Of a DNA stretch of 64,000 bases, positions 51,804-62,025 are shown in pieces; the first letter of the stretch is position 1, and each line of letters opens with the position of its first letter. The stretch lies in the NCBI GenBank assembly GCA_963719515.1, contig CAVRCJ010000010.1:480001-544000 (forward strand). The letters run 5' to 3'. Origin of the DNA: an uncultured cyanobacterium (GTDB lineage Bacteria > Cyanobacteriota > Cyanobacteriia > CAKZMO01). The notes below the pieces were generated by a model that worked only from the letters and a program-made list of their open reading frames with translations, did not search any database and had not been told where the DNA came from. The position numbers and the translations under genes were made by a program.

Positions 51804-52550
51804 TCAGCACCATACCCTAGCCCAGCGCGATCGCACCATCGATTCCACCCTACGACCGTACAGCTTGCCCAGCGTCACTAAGATAATCGTCCCTGCCTGA
51901 ATGCTGCCCTGCAGCGTGCCCGAAATCTTTGATTTACCAGAGCGTCTTGGGTAATACTGTGTCGGGAACTCTGCCACCCGCAACCCTAGCTCTACCGCCC
52001 GCACCTGCATCTCCACCGTCCAGCCAAAGCCCCGGTCCTGCATGGCAATTTGTTCTAGGGCCTGCCGCCGCACCAGTCGCAGTGGACCCAAGTCTTTGTA
52101 TCGGTAGCCCCAGCCTAGCTGAATAAGCCGCGTCGCCAGCGCATTGCCCCACCGCTGGGCGGGCGTCAGCACCCTGCGGCCTGCCACCGTTGCGGTGCGA
52201 TCGCTCAGCATTAGGTCGTAGGCGTGGCGCTGCTGTAGCCACTCAGGCAGCTGGGCCAAGTCATCACTGCCATCTCCGTCACAAAACAAGATCCAGTTAA
52301 CGTCGCTTGGCAGGCGACAAAGTCCGCGCCAGCAGGCTTGGCCATAGCCCGGTTTGGGCTCGTGAAGCACCTCGACGCCCACCGCTGTAGCGCAGGCAAC
52401 GCTGTCGTCCGTGCTGCCATTGTCGACCACGCGCACTCGGCTTAGCCCCAGTTTCTTAATCTGCGCAATGACCTTGACAATGCTGTCGGCCTCATTGCGC
52501 ACTGGGATAATGACCAAAACGTCAGCAGCGCTGTAATTTTCAGGGGTCAT
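51804..52550 (-). CDS. Glycosyltransferase family 2
   Basis: IIPVRNE, VVDNGSTD, DGD, DLGPLR and GWTVEMQ motifs. Confidence 0.9.
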   Translation of the reverse strand: MTPENYSAADVLVIIPVRNEADSIVKVIAQIKKLGLSRVRVVDNGSTDDSVACATAVGVEVLHEPKPGYGQACWRGLCRLPSDVNWILFCDGDGSDDLAQLPEWLQQRHAYDLMLSDRTATVAGRRVLTPAQRWGNALATRLIQLGWGYRYKDLGPLRLVRRQALEQIAMQDRGFGWTVEMQVRAVELGLRVAEFPTQYYPRRSGKSKISGTLQGSIQAGTIILVTLGKLYGRRVESMVRSRWARVWC

Positions 52551-52743
52551 GGGGGGCGTTCCACTCGAAAAAACTGTCTAGCCCTAAAGGCTGAAGCACT
52601 CGATATTGGTTTATCACGGAAGCCATGTGCTTAAATGAAAACCGCTGAAGAATCTCCTGAGAGGTTGCCGCAGCGGGTCAGCTCCACACCCTCAGCCAAA
52701 ATCAAAGAGTCCCAATTCACTTCATTCTTGTTGATCTCTGCCC

Positions 52744-53613
52744 ATGTCAATTTTGCCTAACCCTTCAGCCTGCCTCGGCTTAGCGTTCTTGTCGGCTTCT
52801 GCCCTCCTGCCCATGGCCGCTAGCCCAGCCGCCGCGCTGTCGGTGAGGATTTCTCCGGAGAGCCCTCAGCTGGGCGACACGCTGTCCGTGGTAGCGGTTG
52901 CCGACGCCGGAGAAACCGAGCCACCCACCGTCACCTCAGGAAATCGCGCCTATCCTATGTTTGAGGTCAACGGCACTTGGCGGGCTTTGATTCCCACCAC
53001 GCCTCTGGAAGCCTCTGGTCGACGAGAAATTCAGGTGCGCGACAGCGATGAGGTTCGCAACCTGGCGGTGTGGGTGAGCGATCGCTCTTTTCCCACGCAG
53101 AGCATCTGGGTACAGGGAGGCGGTTCCGGGCTTACGGAAACAGAGCGATCGCAGGTGGCAGCGTTCAAGACCTTAGTCACTCCCGAGCGCTTCTGGAATG
53201 GGCCATTTTTACGGCCAACGAGCGGACCAGTAAGCACGGTTTTTGGGGTACAGCGCTATTACAACGGCGTGTTTGCCGATAACTACTACCACCGTGGCGT
53301 CGACTACGCGACGGGAATCGGCACCCCCATTGTGGCCCCTGCATCAGGGCAGATTTCCCTCGTGGGCTACGAGAGCGAGGGCTTCCGCGTCCACGGCAAC
53401 ACTATTGGCCTGAACCACGGACAGGGGGTGCTCAGCATTTTTATCCACCTCAACGAAATCTACGTGCAGGACGGAGAGTTTGTAGAGGCAGGCCAGACCA
53501 TCGGCACCGTAGGCTTCACCGGCAGTGCTACTGGGCCTCATCTTCACTGGGGGCTCTATGTCAATGGTGATGCGGTGGACCCGGTGCCCTGGCGGTACGA
53601 CGGTATTGAGTAG
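52744..53613 (+). CDS. M23 family metallopeptidase
   Basis: Signal peptide, HRGVD and ATGPHLH motifs. Confidence 0.92.
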   Translation: MSILPNPSACLGLAFLSASALLPMAASPAAALSVRISPESPQLGDTLSVVAVADAGETEPPTVTSGNRAYPMFEVNGTWRALIPTTPLEASGRREIQVRDSDEVRNLAVWVSDRSFPTQSIWVQGGGSGLTETERSQVAAFKTLVTPERFWNGPFLRPTSGPVSTVFGVQRYYNGVFADNYYHRGVDYATGIGTPIVAPASGQISLVGYESEGFRVHGNTIGLNHGQGVLSIFIHLNEIYVQDGEFVEAGQTIGTVGFTGSATGPHLHWGLYVNGDAVDPVPWRYDGIE

Positions 53614-53715
53614 GCTTAGCGCTGCGATGAAGCTGGTTATCCGAGCCTAGAGTTGGGCACTCTACACCGGTAAACCCATCCATCGCGATCAAGTCTATCG
53701 CGATTGAGAGAAGCC

Positions 53716-54249
53716 ATGAGTATTGCCCAGTTGGTTGATCAGGCGCTAGAGGAAGGGTACTTGACCGCGGTAGTGGAGGGAAACATTGGCGAGCGGTGCG
53801 GCGCAGCTGAGCTTACTCTAGAGGACTACAGGGCGCTGGATCGCCTCACGGATGCCCTTATGCAGGGCACCGTGATCACCGTACCGCGTAAGCAGGCGGT
53901 GAACGTCATGGAGGAGCTAGTGCTGCTGGAGGCCACCACTCGCATTACCCAGCTGGAGACCCATGGGCCGACGTTCCTCGACCTGGGAGATATCTCGGCC
54001 TATGCCCTCAATCGCCTACCGCCCCTCTACGCCACGACGGAAGAAGGGGCAGAGTATCAGCGAACCCGCGCGAGTGAAATGCTGCGGCCCGAAATTGTGC
54101 AGGTCGTCAATGAGGCAATTTCTCGCAGCTTGGTGTGGCCAGACTTCCCAGACCGACAAGCCCTCCAAACGCAGGAAGAGGCACCGGCTCACCTGTCAAC
54201 GCAGCTGGCGAAATGGCTGAAAAATTTGACCAAGGGCCAAAAGACCTAG
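53716..54249 (+). CDS. ComFB-domain protein
   Basis: NVMEELV and AYALNRLPPLYATTEEG motifs. Confidence 0.85.
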   Translation: MSIAQLVDQALEEGYLTAVVEGNIGERCGAAELTLEDYRALDRLTDALMQGTVITVPRKQAVNVMEELVLLEATTRITQLETHGPTFLDLGDISAYALNRLPPLYATTEEGAEYQRTRASEMLRPEIVQVVNEAISRSLVWPDFPDRQALQTQEEAPAHLSTQLAKWLKNLTKGQKT

Positions 54250-54419
54250 TCTCAGCAGATCACAAGGCGCTCTATGCCATGTAAAGGTTTGAGCCCACGA
54301 CATTGTCCTAAGCAATGTGGCCAAAGCTATATTTGACTCGTCAGCAGCGGATCCCCCTGGCAAGGCGGGTTCCCCGAGAGAAACTTTCTAAGACCCTGAT
54401 TGAGTTTTTTGCCATGGAG

Positions 54420-55163
54420 CTAGCGGCCCCCGTAGCGGGCGATCGCCCCTTCAGCGGGCTGCGCCTGATGGGTGAGCCAGGCCCACAGCTGATCCCCGTA
54501 GGAAAAGTGCCACCACTCCTGCGGATGGCGGCGGAAGCCTGTGCTGGCCATAGCAGCATTGAGAATTTGTCGGTGCTGGTGGAAGCGAGCGCGATCGGGG
54601 TCTGCCGCTGCGTCGGACGGAGCAAAGTGGTCTGGGTAAGAGCGCGGAGAAATTTCGTCGATGGGAGAACCCATGTCCACCGCCTGACCCGACTCGTTCA
54701 CCAGCGTCAGGTCTACCGCTGCCCCAGTGCTGTGGGGCGGGGGCATTGCCGCATCTTGGCTCGGCAATGCCCAAAATTGGTAGACCTGTTGCCAAAGCTG
54801 CGCTTCTTGCTGGGGGGTGAGGGTATCTGGCGAGCAGCCGCTGGCTTCAAGGCGCTCAGCAAAAGTGGCCTCCACCATAAACCGCTGCACCGCTATGGGG
54901 CGGTAGGCGTCGAACAGGCACAGCCGCCATCCGGGATGCTGCGCCTGCAGAGCGACCTGCGCCTCCATGAGCCGTGCCAGCACACCCTGCCGTAGGTAGT
55001 AGGGGGAGCGATCGCCGTAGGGAGCACCACGCTGAACGTAGGGGTGAGGGGACTGGACGGCGAAGCGATCGAGGGGGATGGGGACGAGGGGTTCACCGCA
55101 GTCTTGAATGGGAATTTGGTAGTGGGGCTTTGAGGAAGCGGTTGGAGCAGGTGTAGACGTCAT
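54420..55163 (-). CDS. D-Ala-D-Ala dipeptidase (M15/VanX-like)
   Basis: FDAYRP, PHSTGAAVDLTL and EWWHF motifs. Confidence 0.9.
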   Translation of the reverse strand: MTSTPAPTASSKPHYQIPIQDCGEPLVPIPLDRFAVQSPHPYVQRGAPYGDRSPYYLRQGVLARLMEAQVALQAQHPGWRLCLFDAYRPIAVQRFMVEATFAERLEASGCSPDTLTPQQEAQLWQQVYQFWALPSQDAAMPPPHSTGAAVDLTLVNESGQAVDMGSPIDEISPRSYPDHFAPSDAAADPDRARFHQHRQILNAAMASTGFRRHPQEWWHFSYGDQLWAWLTHQAQPAEGAIARYGGR

Positions 55164-55194
55164 AGGTCAATGGGGAAGAGGGTAGAACTGTAGC

Positions 55195-55665
55195 TTATAT
55201 GCCGTCACCGACCACCTGGAAGTCAACCACCAGCGGTTTGTGGTCAGACCCGGCGTCTGCTCCCACCCGAGTCTCTACCCCCTCAAACCCGCTGCTAATC
55301 AAACAGCGATCGATGGAAATAGAGAACAGCGAGGTCAGCCAGCCTGGAATCGCTCTAGACGTTCCCACAGTGGGCCAAGTGGACAGTACGCCAAAGCCGT
55401 CTTGGGTATTACGCAAGCCGGTCTGCTCAGCCCGCCGCTGGTAGTAAGGAGACCACATCGTTGTGTTGAACCCGCCAAAATTACCGGACCGCTCACCGCC
55501 TGCAGGTACTGGCCGATGAGGGCAAGCTGGCGATTGCGAGAGCGAAAAAACCGAGGCCTGACCGGCGTAAAGGGATGGGTGGCGAGTAGGGTAATGGCCT
55601 GATCTTGAACCGTGAGTTGAGCGACCACGCTGGCAATCGTATCTGTGCCAAAAAATTCAATCTGG
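55195..55665 (-). pseudogene. Truncated, frameshifted endonuclease/exonuclease/phosphatase gene
   Basis: LATHP..VILAG in one frame continues as NTTMWSPYY..GSDHKP in another; the GDFN motif is broken near 55470; the N-terminal half is absent. Confidence 0.78.
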
Positions 55666-55696
55666 GTTTGACCCTCGCCACTTCATCCTCATCACT

Positions 55697-57541
55697 TCAC
55701 CGCCCCCACCTTACTGCTGACGTCATCCTAAAATACAGTCGCTTCAGGTGAGTCAGCGGGTTCAAATACCGGCGCACCACGGCAGGAATATCCAGCGCAG
55801 CGGGCGATCGCCACTCGCTCAGTACCGCGAGCTCCCCGCTCACATAGCGGTCGCGGCAGGCCCGCCGCTGAATCTTGCCGCTAGAGGTCTTGGGGAGGCT
55901 GCCGGGCTTTATTAGGGCGATCGCGTAGATGTCCACAAAGTGCTGGTCAAACAGCGCCCAGCGCACTGCCTCCACCACCGCTGCTGCCGTCAGCTGGTGG
56001 CGGTAGGTCCGCTCCACCTCCTGCACCACCACCAGGCGATCGCGCTCCTCCACCCTCACCGCAAACGCCGCCCCGCTGCCCGACTTCAGCCCCGGATGGC
56101 AGGCCGCTACCGTTTCCTCTAGGTGCTCGGGGTAGTGGTTGAGGCCCCAAAACACCAGCAGGTCATTCAGCCGTCCGGTGATAAACAGCTCCCCATCCTG
56201 GACAAAGCCCAGATCGCCCGTGCGCAGAAACGGGCCTTCCCCCCTCTCAGCGCCTTGACCCGATAAATAGGCCCGAAAGGTCTGGCTCGCCTGCGGCTGG
56301 TCCCAGTACCCCACCCCCAACCCCGACCCCGACACCCAAACCTCTCCCACCTCCTGGGGAGCGCAGCGTTGGCAAGTCTCGGGATGGGTGATCGCAATTT
56401 TCCCCTCCAGCCAGGGGTAGCCGCAGCTTACTAGATCGCGACGGCGGGGGGATGGCAGCTCACTGTAGTCGACCCGGCCTAACGCTAGGGCGGCTTCATC
56501 TACATAGCCCACGCGGGGTGGGTCAGCGGCCTGGCCGCCGGAGATAAACAGCGTCGCTTCCGCCATACCGTAGCAGGGATAGAAGGCCTCCCGGCGAAAG
56601 CCACAGGGGGCAAACTTGGCGGCAAACTGATCGAGGGTCGCGGCCCGCACGGGCTCTGCCCCAGAAAACGCCACTTGCCAAGTGCTGAGGTTAAGGTGCT
56701 GCACCTGGACTTCGGTCACGTAGCGGCAGAGGAGGTCATAGGCAAAGTTGGGCCCGCCGCTGGTGGTGCCGCCGTAGCGAGAAATAGCCTCCAGCCAGCG
56801 CAAGGGCTTTTGGATGAACGCGATCGGCGACATGAGGACGCAGGATGTGCCCAGATAGAGCGGCTGCAGCGCATTGCCAATCAGCCCCATGTCGTGGAAT
56901 AGCGGAAGCCAGCCAACGCCGACTAGCGCCTCGCTGTGGTTAAACGCTAGCTTGAGCAGCTCTTGGTTGTGGAGTAGCCCTTGGTGGGTGACCATGACGC
57001 CTTTGGGCAGCCCCGTGGAGCCGGAGGTGTACTGCAAAAACGCCAAGGCTTCGCCGTCAATATCGGGCCGCCGCCAGCTCGCCGCTGGGTCTAGCGAAAT
57101 CTCCTCCGGCACGACCCACCGACAGTCGGCGATCGCCCCCGTCTCTTTCAGCTGGCGCTGCAGCTTCGCGCCCATCGATTTGGGCGTCAGCAGGAGCTTT
57201 GCGCCGGAGGAGGTCAGTCGTCCCACAAGGTCTGAGACGCCATGGCGGCTGCGGGGGGGATGGGTGGGCGCAGGGACGACACCTGCGTATAGGCATCCCA
57301 AAAAGGCGGCGATGAATTCCAGTCCGGCCTCGTAAGGATAGACCAGCAGCGCCCGATCCCCTTTTCGGGCAACGGTGCAAAGATAAACGGCGATCGCTCG
57401 TGCCTGCTGGTCCAAAGCGCCATAGGTGAGGGTGCTTTCAGCTGTTTCCCCATCTTTAAGGAATCGATAGGCCACCTGGTCAGGGGTCGCCTGGGCGCGA
57501 TCGCACAGCAGGTCAATGAAGGTAGCGTGAGTAGTCTGCAT
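55697..57541 (-). CDS. Fatty acyl-AMP ligase
   Basis: FLQYTSGSTGLPKG, WLPLFHDMGLIG, YGMAEATL and PKTSSGKIQR motifs; start set at MQTTH. Confidence 0.92.
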   Translation of the reverse strand: MQTTHATFIDLLCDRAQATPDQVAYRFLKDGETAESTLTYGALDQQARAIAVYLCTVARKGDRALLVYPYEAGLEFIAAFLGCLYAGVVPAPTHPPRSRHGVSDLVGRLTSSGAKLLLTPKSMGAKLQRQLKETGAIADCRWVVPEEISLDPAASWRRPDIDGEALAFLQYTSGSTGLPKGVMVTHQGLLHNQELLKLAFNHSEALVGVGWLPLFHDMGLIGNALQPLYLGTSCVLMSPIAFIQKPLRWLEAISRYGGTTSGGPNFAYDLLCRYVTEVQVQHLNLSTWQVAFSGAEPVRAATLDQFAAKFAPCGFRREAFYPCYGMAEATLFISGGQAADPPRVGYVDEAALALGRVDYSELPSPRRRDLVSCGYPWLEGKIAITHPETCQRCAPQEVGEVWVSGSGLGVGYWDQPQASQTFRAYLSGQGAERGEGPFLRTGDLGFVQDGELFITGRLNDLLVFWGLNHYPEHLEETVAACHPGLKSGSGAAFAVRVEERDRLVVVQEVERTYRHQLTAAAVVEAVRWALFDQHFVDIYAIALIKPGSLPKTSSGKIQRRACRDRYVSGELAVLSEWRSPAALDIPAVVRRYLNPLTHLKRLYFRMTSAVRWGR

Positions 57542-58094
57542 TCCGCTGGTGGGCGATGGGATAGAGACGCTGCCGCAATACGACCATAGCCCCTGGGCTT
57601 GGGTGGCTAGCGATCCAGACATTACCCAATTTTCGCGGCGGATGCAATCAGCTTTTTGAAAAGCTACTGCCAAATTCTGCGATCGCTGGGTTATCCAGGA
57701 GAGATTTAAAGCAAGTTCCTGTAGCTTTTTCAACTGACTTAAAAGTAAGACCGAGGTGGCGATCGCCACCTCAAACAGGTTTAGTCCTTAGCTAAAAGTC
57801 CTAAGACATACTTAGTTTGGCTTCCCAAGATATTCCTCTTAGGAATAGCCGTAAGCTTTGTATCTCTATCAATTGGTGGGTAGGTAAAAGATCCAGGTTT
57901 TGTACTATTAGACTTGGCTACAATCGGCCTTTAAACCAAGACACCCAATAAGTTTTCTCGAAACTGATCATTTCCTGCTTCAGAACCTTTTTCGCCGTTT
58001 AGGAGAAGCAGGCGATGTTGGGTTTAGCCCATTCAACACCGCAACCTAGACCGCTACGCTATCGGTTAATTCATCAAAGGACTCAATACAGGGC

Positions 58095-59285
58095 ATGATC
58101 TGTACCTCCCTGGCGTCGTCTATGAGCGATGCTCCTCTCTCGCCTCGTCTCTGGGTAGAGAAGTCGCCGCTGCCGCAGTGCAGCATCTGCGTCATTGTTC
58201 CGGTCCGCAACGAGGCCGAAAATTTACCGGCTGTCATGCAGGCTCTGGCTCACCAGGTTGATCTGCGGGGAGGACCGCTCGACCCGCGCCGGTACGAAGT
58301 GATTGTATTTGCCAACAACTGCACTGACCGGTCCGCCGACGTTGTTCGCCGCGCTATGAACAGCTATCCGCAGCTGAGACTTCATCTGATAGAGCGCGAA
58401 TTACCTTCTGAAGAAGCTTATATTGGCCGAGTCCGTCAGCTGCTCATGAATGAAGCGTATCACCGCCTGCTGCAGCTGGGTGAGCTGCGCGGGGCGATCG
58501 CCTCCACTGATGGAGATACTCAGGTTGGCCCGACTTGGGTTGCCACCATCTTGCAAGAGCTTGGACAGGGAGCTGATGCCGTCGGGGGACGCATTGTGAC
58601 GAGCGGTGCCGGACGTAAGGCTCTAGATGTCTATGCCCGGTCCTACCATCTGCGCTCGGTGGGCTACGCCTTACTCACCACGCAGCTCGAAGACGGCATT
58701 GACCCCAACCCAGCCGATCCCGCGCCGCGCCATCACCAATTTTATGGGGCAAACTTTGCGGTTACTTGTGAGGCTTACGCGCGAGCCGGGGGCATGCCCC
58801 CTGTCCACACCCCGGAAGACGTTGCCCTGCGCGATGCCCTAATTAGGGTAGGCGCGCGGCTGCGCCATAGCCTAGCAATGCGGGTGACAACCTCAGCCCG
58901 CCAGGTGGGACGTACCTCCATTGGGCTTGCCAGCCAGCTGACTGAGTGGCAAGTTATGGGACAGCGGCAGCAGGCCCTCTTGGTAGAATCTGCAGCGGCC
59001 TTAGAAGCCAAGCTGCGGGCCCGTCGGGATTTGCGGCGGCTTTGGCGACGGCTCGCGCTAGGTGAACTGCCGCTGCAGCAGGAAATTGACCCGCTTGCCG
59101 CGCGGTTTGCGATCTCTGCAGAATGGCTGTGGGAGGAGCTTGAGGCGCTGCTGCCGTTTGACTTTCTTTACCAGCGAATTGAGCAGCGCCAGTCGGTAGA
59201 TGGCCTGTGGCAGCGGCGCTGGGAACTGGTTCCCATTGAGGTGGCGATCGCCGGGCTGCGTCTGCGGCTAAGTCGGTTGCGCTAG
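58095..59285 (+). CDS. Glycosyltransferase family 2
   Basis: IVPVRNE, NNCTD, STDGD, HHQFYGANFA, ED and TSAR motifs. Confidence 0.88.
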   Translation: MICTSLASSMSDAPLSPRLWVEKSPLPQCSICVIVPVRNEAENLPAVMQALAHQVDLRGGPLDPRRYEVIVFANNCTDRSADVVRRAMNSYPQLRLHLIERELPSEEAYIGRVRQLLMNEAYHRLLQLGELRGAIASTDGDTQVGPTWVATILQELGQGADAVGGRIVTSGAGRKALDVYARSYHLRSVGYALLTTQLEDGIDPNPADPAPRHHQFYGANFAVTCEAYARAGGMPPVHTPEDVALRDALIRVGARLRHSLAMRVTTSARQVGRTSIGLASQLTEWQVMGQRQQALLVESAAALEAKLRARRDLRRLWRRLALGELPLQQEIDPLAARFAISAEWLWEELEALLPFDFLYQRIEQRQSVDGLWQRRWELVPIEVAIAGLRLRLSRLR

Positions 59286-59866
59286 CGCTCGTACAGATCC
59301 AGGCGGTAGGCCTCTGCTCGCTGGCTCAGGCGATGACGCAGCCGAGAGGCGGCAAACGCTTCGAAAGAATCGTGGACCTCGTTGCCGTCGATGGGGTAGT
59401 CCGGCACCTCGCCCGTCCAGTGCACTAGCAGCAGGTGCCCGTCTGGTGCCAGGGAATCGTAAATTAGCGCCTGCGATCGCGCCAGATCGGACCGGCTCCA
59501 GTAGTACCCCACCTCAGACAGCACCACCAGGTCAAACTTGCCCTTGGGATAGCGCTCGGGAATGTTCATCATCTCGAAGCGGACGTGGGGCAGATGGCGG
59601 CAGCGCTGAATAGCCTTAGCCTGCGCCGTCTCGGAAATGTCGATGGAGAGTAGGGCGTCGCAGCGCTCCGCTAGCTTTTCAGTGAGCACCCCAATAGACC
59701 CCCCAACCTCGAAGGCGGAGCCATACCGCTGGCGCGGCAGTGCGGCCAGGGTAGTGGCGTATTTATCGGTCTCGTAGGGGCTAGTTTCAAATCCCCACGG
59801 ATCTGAGTCGGCTTGGTACAGGGCTTCAAAATAGTCTGCGGGCAGCGACTGTTGAGGGGAGGTCAT
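59282..59866 (-). CDS. NodS-like SAM-dependent methyltransferase
   Basis: DPWGFETSPYE, EVGGSIG and LSEVGYY motifs; ATGA overlap with the upstream gene. Confidence 0.88.
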   Translation of the reverse strand: MTSPQQSLPADYFEALYQADSDPWGFETSPYETDKYATTLAALPRQRYGSAFEVGGSIGVLTEKLAERCDALLSIDISETAQAKAIQRCRHLPHVRFEMMNIPERYPKGKFDLVVLSEVGYYWSRSDLARSQALIYDSLAPDGHLLLVHWTGEVPDYPIDGNEVHDSFEAFAASRLRHRLSQRAEAYRLDLYER

Positions 59867-60618
59867 GGGCAGGGCTCCAGGTAAATTTCCCAAGGTTGTG
59901 AAAAGTGGGTGAGCAAGTCGGGTGAGAGGCGAAACCCGCTGGGGTCATCGTCAATTAGATCCTCAATCTGGGACCGGTAGCAGGCGATCGCCTGTTGCTT
60001 CAGATGGACGGTGCTAGAGATATCCAGTCGCCAGAGCCGATAGCCCGCCGGTAACTCTCCCCGCTGCGCTGGGTCCCAGTCCCAGATAGGGTATTCCACC
60101 AGGCGCGGCGGACAGGGCAAGGTAATAGCCACAGCCTGAATTAGCTGCCAGGTGGCGCGGTGGTCGGGGTGGGGGTCATAGCGGTAGGGCAGAAAGATGG
60201 TGCTGGGAGGATGGGCCGTCAGGGCGATGCGGCAGGCTGCTAGCGCTTGACTTAGCTCGGGCGTCGGGGACTGGAGATGGGGCACCCCGCCGTCCGGCAG
60301 GCGTAAAAACGCGATCTGCTCAGCGCTAACCCCTAGCCGCTGCATCGCCGCTTGGGTTTCCCCCTCCCGAAGCTGCCGCAGCGCCGGAGCGGGGTATTTC
60401 TGGGAGTGGGGGTGAGACTGGGTGCCATCGCTCACCACCAGCACGCGCACCGCTTCTCCCCGCGCGCGCAGGAGCGCCACTGCTCCGCCGCACCCCAAGG
60501 TCTCGTCATCGGGGTGGGGAGCCACCACCAGAACCGGCCCCGCCACCGCCAGCGACCGCGCTTCTATCGCCTGGGGGGATGCGAGTGGGGATGTTGGCAA
60601 TGGCGGCACTGCTGGCAC
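59863..60618 (-). CDS. PIG-L family deacetylase
   Basis: APHPDDE, VSDG, HPDH and YRSQ motifs; GTG start at 60618 chosen because it follows the stop of the upstream gene. Confidence 0.88.
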   Translation of the reverse strand: MPAVPPLPTSPLASPQAIEARSLAVAGPVLVVAPHPDDETLGCGGAVALLRARGEAVRVLVVSDGTQSHPHSQKYPAPALRQLREGETQAAMQRLGVSAEQIAFLRLPDGGVPHLQSPTPELSQALAACRIALTAHPPSTIFLPYRYDPHPDHRATWQLIQAVAITLPCPPRLVEYPIWDWDPAQRGELPAGYRLWRLDISSTVHLKQQAIACYRSQIEDLIDDDPSGFRLSPDLLTHFSQPWEIYLEPCP

Positions 60619-60622
60619 TAAA

Positions 60623-61831
60623 TTATCTGTGATCTGGTCCGTGCCACAGGGAGGCCGCCGGCTTTGTTTCCGACAAAACATAGGCCCCGGCACCAGACAC
60701 TGCCGCATCATAGGCGGGCTGGCGCAGGTACAGCGTCAAATCCCGAATCACTCGCTCCATTGCCAAGGGCGGCAGCAGCCCCCGCGTTCCCACCGAACGC
60801 TGGCACCTTTGCATCATGTCAATGCAGATCTGCTCGATGGCGGTGCGGACCATGCTGGCGTAGGCTACAAGCTTGTCGGCCTCAAGGTGAGCTACTGCCG
60901 GATCCCCGCCAAACTGAGGGTCATAGGCCGCCACCATATCGGCGACGCCGCGCAGCCAGAGACAGCCGCTCTCTAAAGCGATCGCCATTTGCCCCAGCCG
61001 CTCCTGCTGATAAGGGTGTTCCGTACGGCATTCAGCCTGCAAAAACTCTCGCGTCAGGTTGAACAGAGCCTCAGCCCCCCCAAGCTGCACAGCGGCGAAG
61101 CGCGTCACCCCAGCCGTCAGCCAGGGCTGGCGGAAATAGTCTCCCGGCTGACCAATCAAATCTTGGTCACTCAGCTCTACGCCGCTAAAGTCGATGCGGT
61201 AGCTGGCGGTGGCCTTCATGCCTGAGGGCTGCCACCACGACGGGTCTACGCCAGTGACCACCTCATCCATGGGGACGATGCACATCTGCCAGGTGCCGTC
61301 GGGCAGCGCTCCGTTCACAAAGGGCCGGTCGACAAAACCCGACCCAGAGCAAAAGGTCTTAGCCCCCTCTAAGCGGTAGCGTCCGCCGCCCAAAGGCACC
61401 ACCTTCACCCCTTGGGCATCTTCAGCGTTCCACACGCCGAAGACTTTGTGGCGGCGGGCGTCGTGACCGTAGCGCTCTACCTGCTGCGGGGTTCCAAAGG
61501 TCTGGATGAGCTGCAGGGCGTTGACGTGGCCTTCGTACAATCGACCTACTGCCAGATTGCCGCGCCCGATGTGCTTTAACACCATCAATAGGGGATATAG
61601 ACTGCTGGACTCGACCCCCAAGCTACAGCCCCCTAGCGAAGCTGGGAGAGGAGCCGCCAACAGCCCAACCGCAGCCAGCCGCTGGAAGTCCTGTTCTGGG
61701 AAAGCTCCCCAGGAGTCAACCGCGGCAGCGTGGTCGGCGCAGCCCTCAGCGATTTGCTCGGCGATCGCGACAAAGCGCGAAGCAGGAATGACCTTCGGAG
61801 TTGAAAAAAGTTGAGTAGCGATATGCAGCAG
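60623..61831 (-). CDS. Acyl-CoA dehydrogenase family protein (non-canonical or lost start)
   Basis: GRLYEGHVNAL, GAKTFCSG and RDLTLYLRQ motifs. The frame stays open and coding-like (GAFP..LAAVGLLAAPLP) for 57 codons upstream of the ORF-track start, back to CTG at 61831. Confidence 0.82.
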   Translation of the reverse strand: MLHIATQLFSTPKVIPASRFVAIAEQIAEGCADHAAAVDSWGAFPEQDFQRLAAVGLLAAPLPASLGGCSLGVESSSLYPLLMVLKHIGRGNLAVGRLYEGHVNALQLIQTFGTPQQVERYGHDARRHKVFGVWNAEDAQGVKVVPLGGGRYRLEGAKTFCSGSGFVDRPFVNGALPDGTWQMCIVPMDEVVTGVDPSWWQPSGMKATASYRIDFSGVELSDQDLIGQPGDYFRQPWLTAGVTRFAAVQLGGAEALFNLTREFLQAECRTEHPYQQERLGQMAIALESGCLWLRGVADMVAAYDPQFGGDPAVAHLEADKLVAYASMVRTAIEQICIDMMQRCQRSVGTRGLLPPLAMERVIRDLTLYLRQPAYDAAVSGAGAYVLSETKPAASLWHGPDHR

Positions 61832-62025
61832 TCCTCACCTTTGAAAGAGGCGTTTAGATCATGCCGGAGATTCTGGGTATAAATCGTCTTTCTTCTGGTA
61901 GGGTTCTGCTGCGGTTTGCAGTTGAAATAGAGCCTAACTTGCAGCTTTTTCTCCACAGCAGCCGGTAAACGCGGTTTAATGAGATAGGCTTAACATTCCT
62001 TAACCACATTTCACCCACCGCAACT

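Noticed and set aside
54315..54995. Long antisense or alternative-frame ORFs (also 1841-2380, 13490-14092, 42500-43057, 60422-60976)
   Set aside because: They overlap well-supported genes and lack motifs, as expected in GC-rich DNA.
61633..61956. ORF suggesting a frameshifted acyl-CoA dehydrogenase N-terminus
   Set aside because: The real N-terminal sequence is in frame with the main ORF; this ORF is a shadow.
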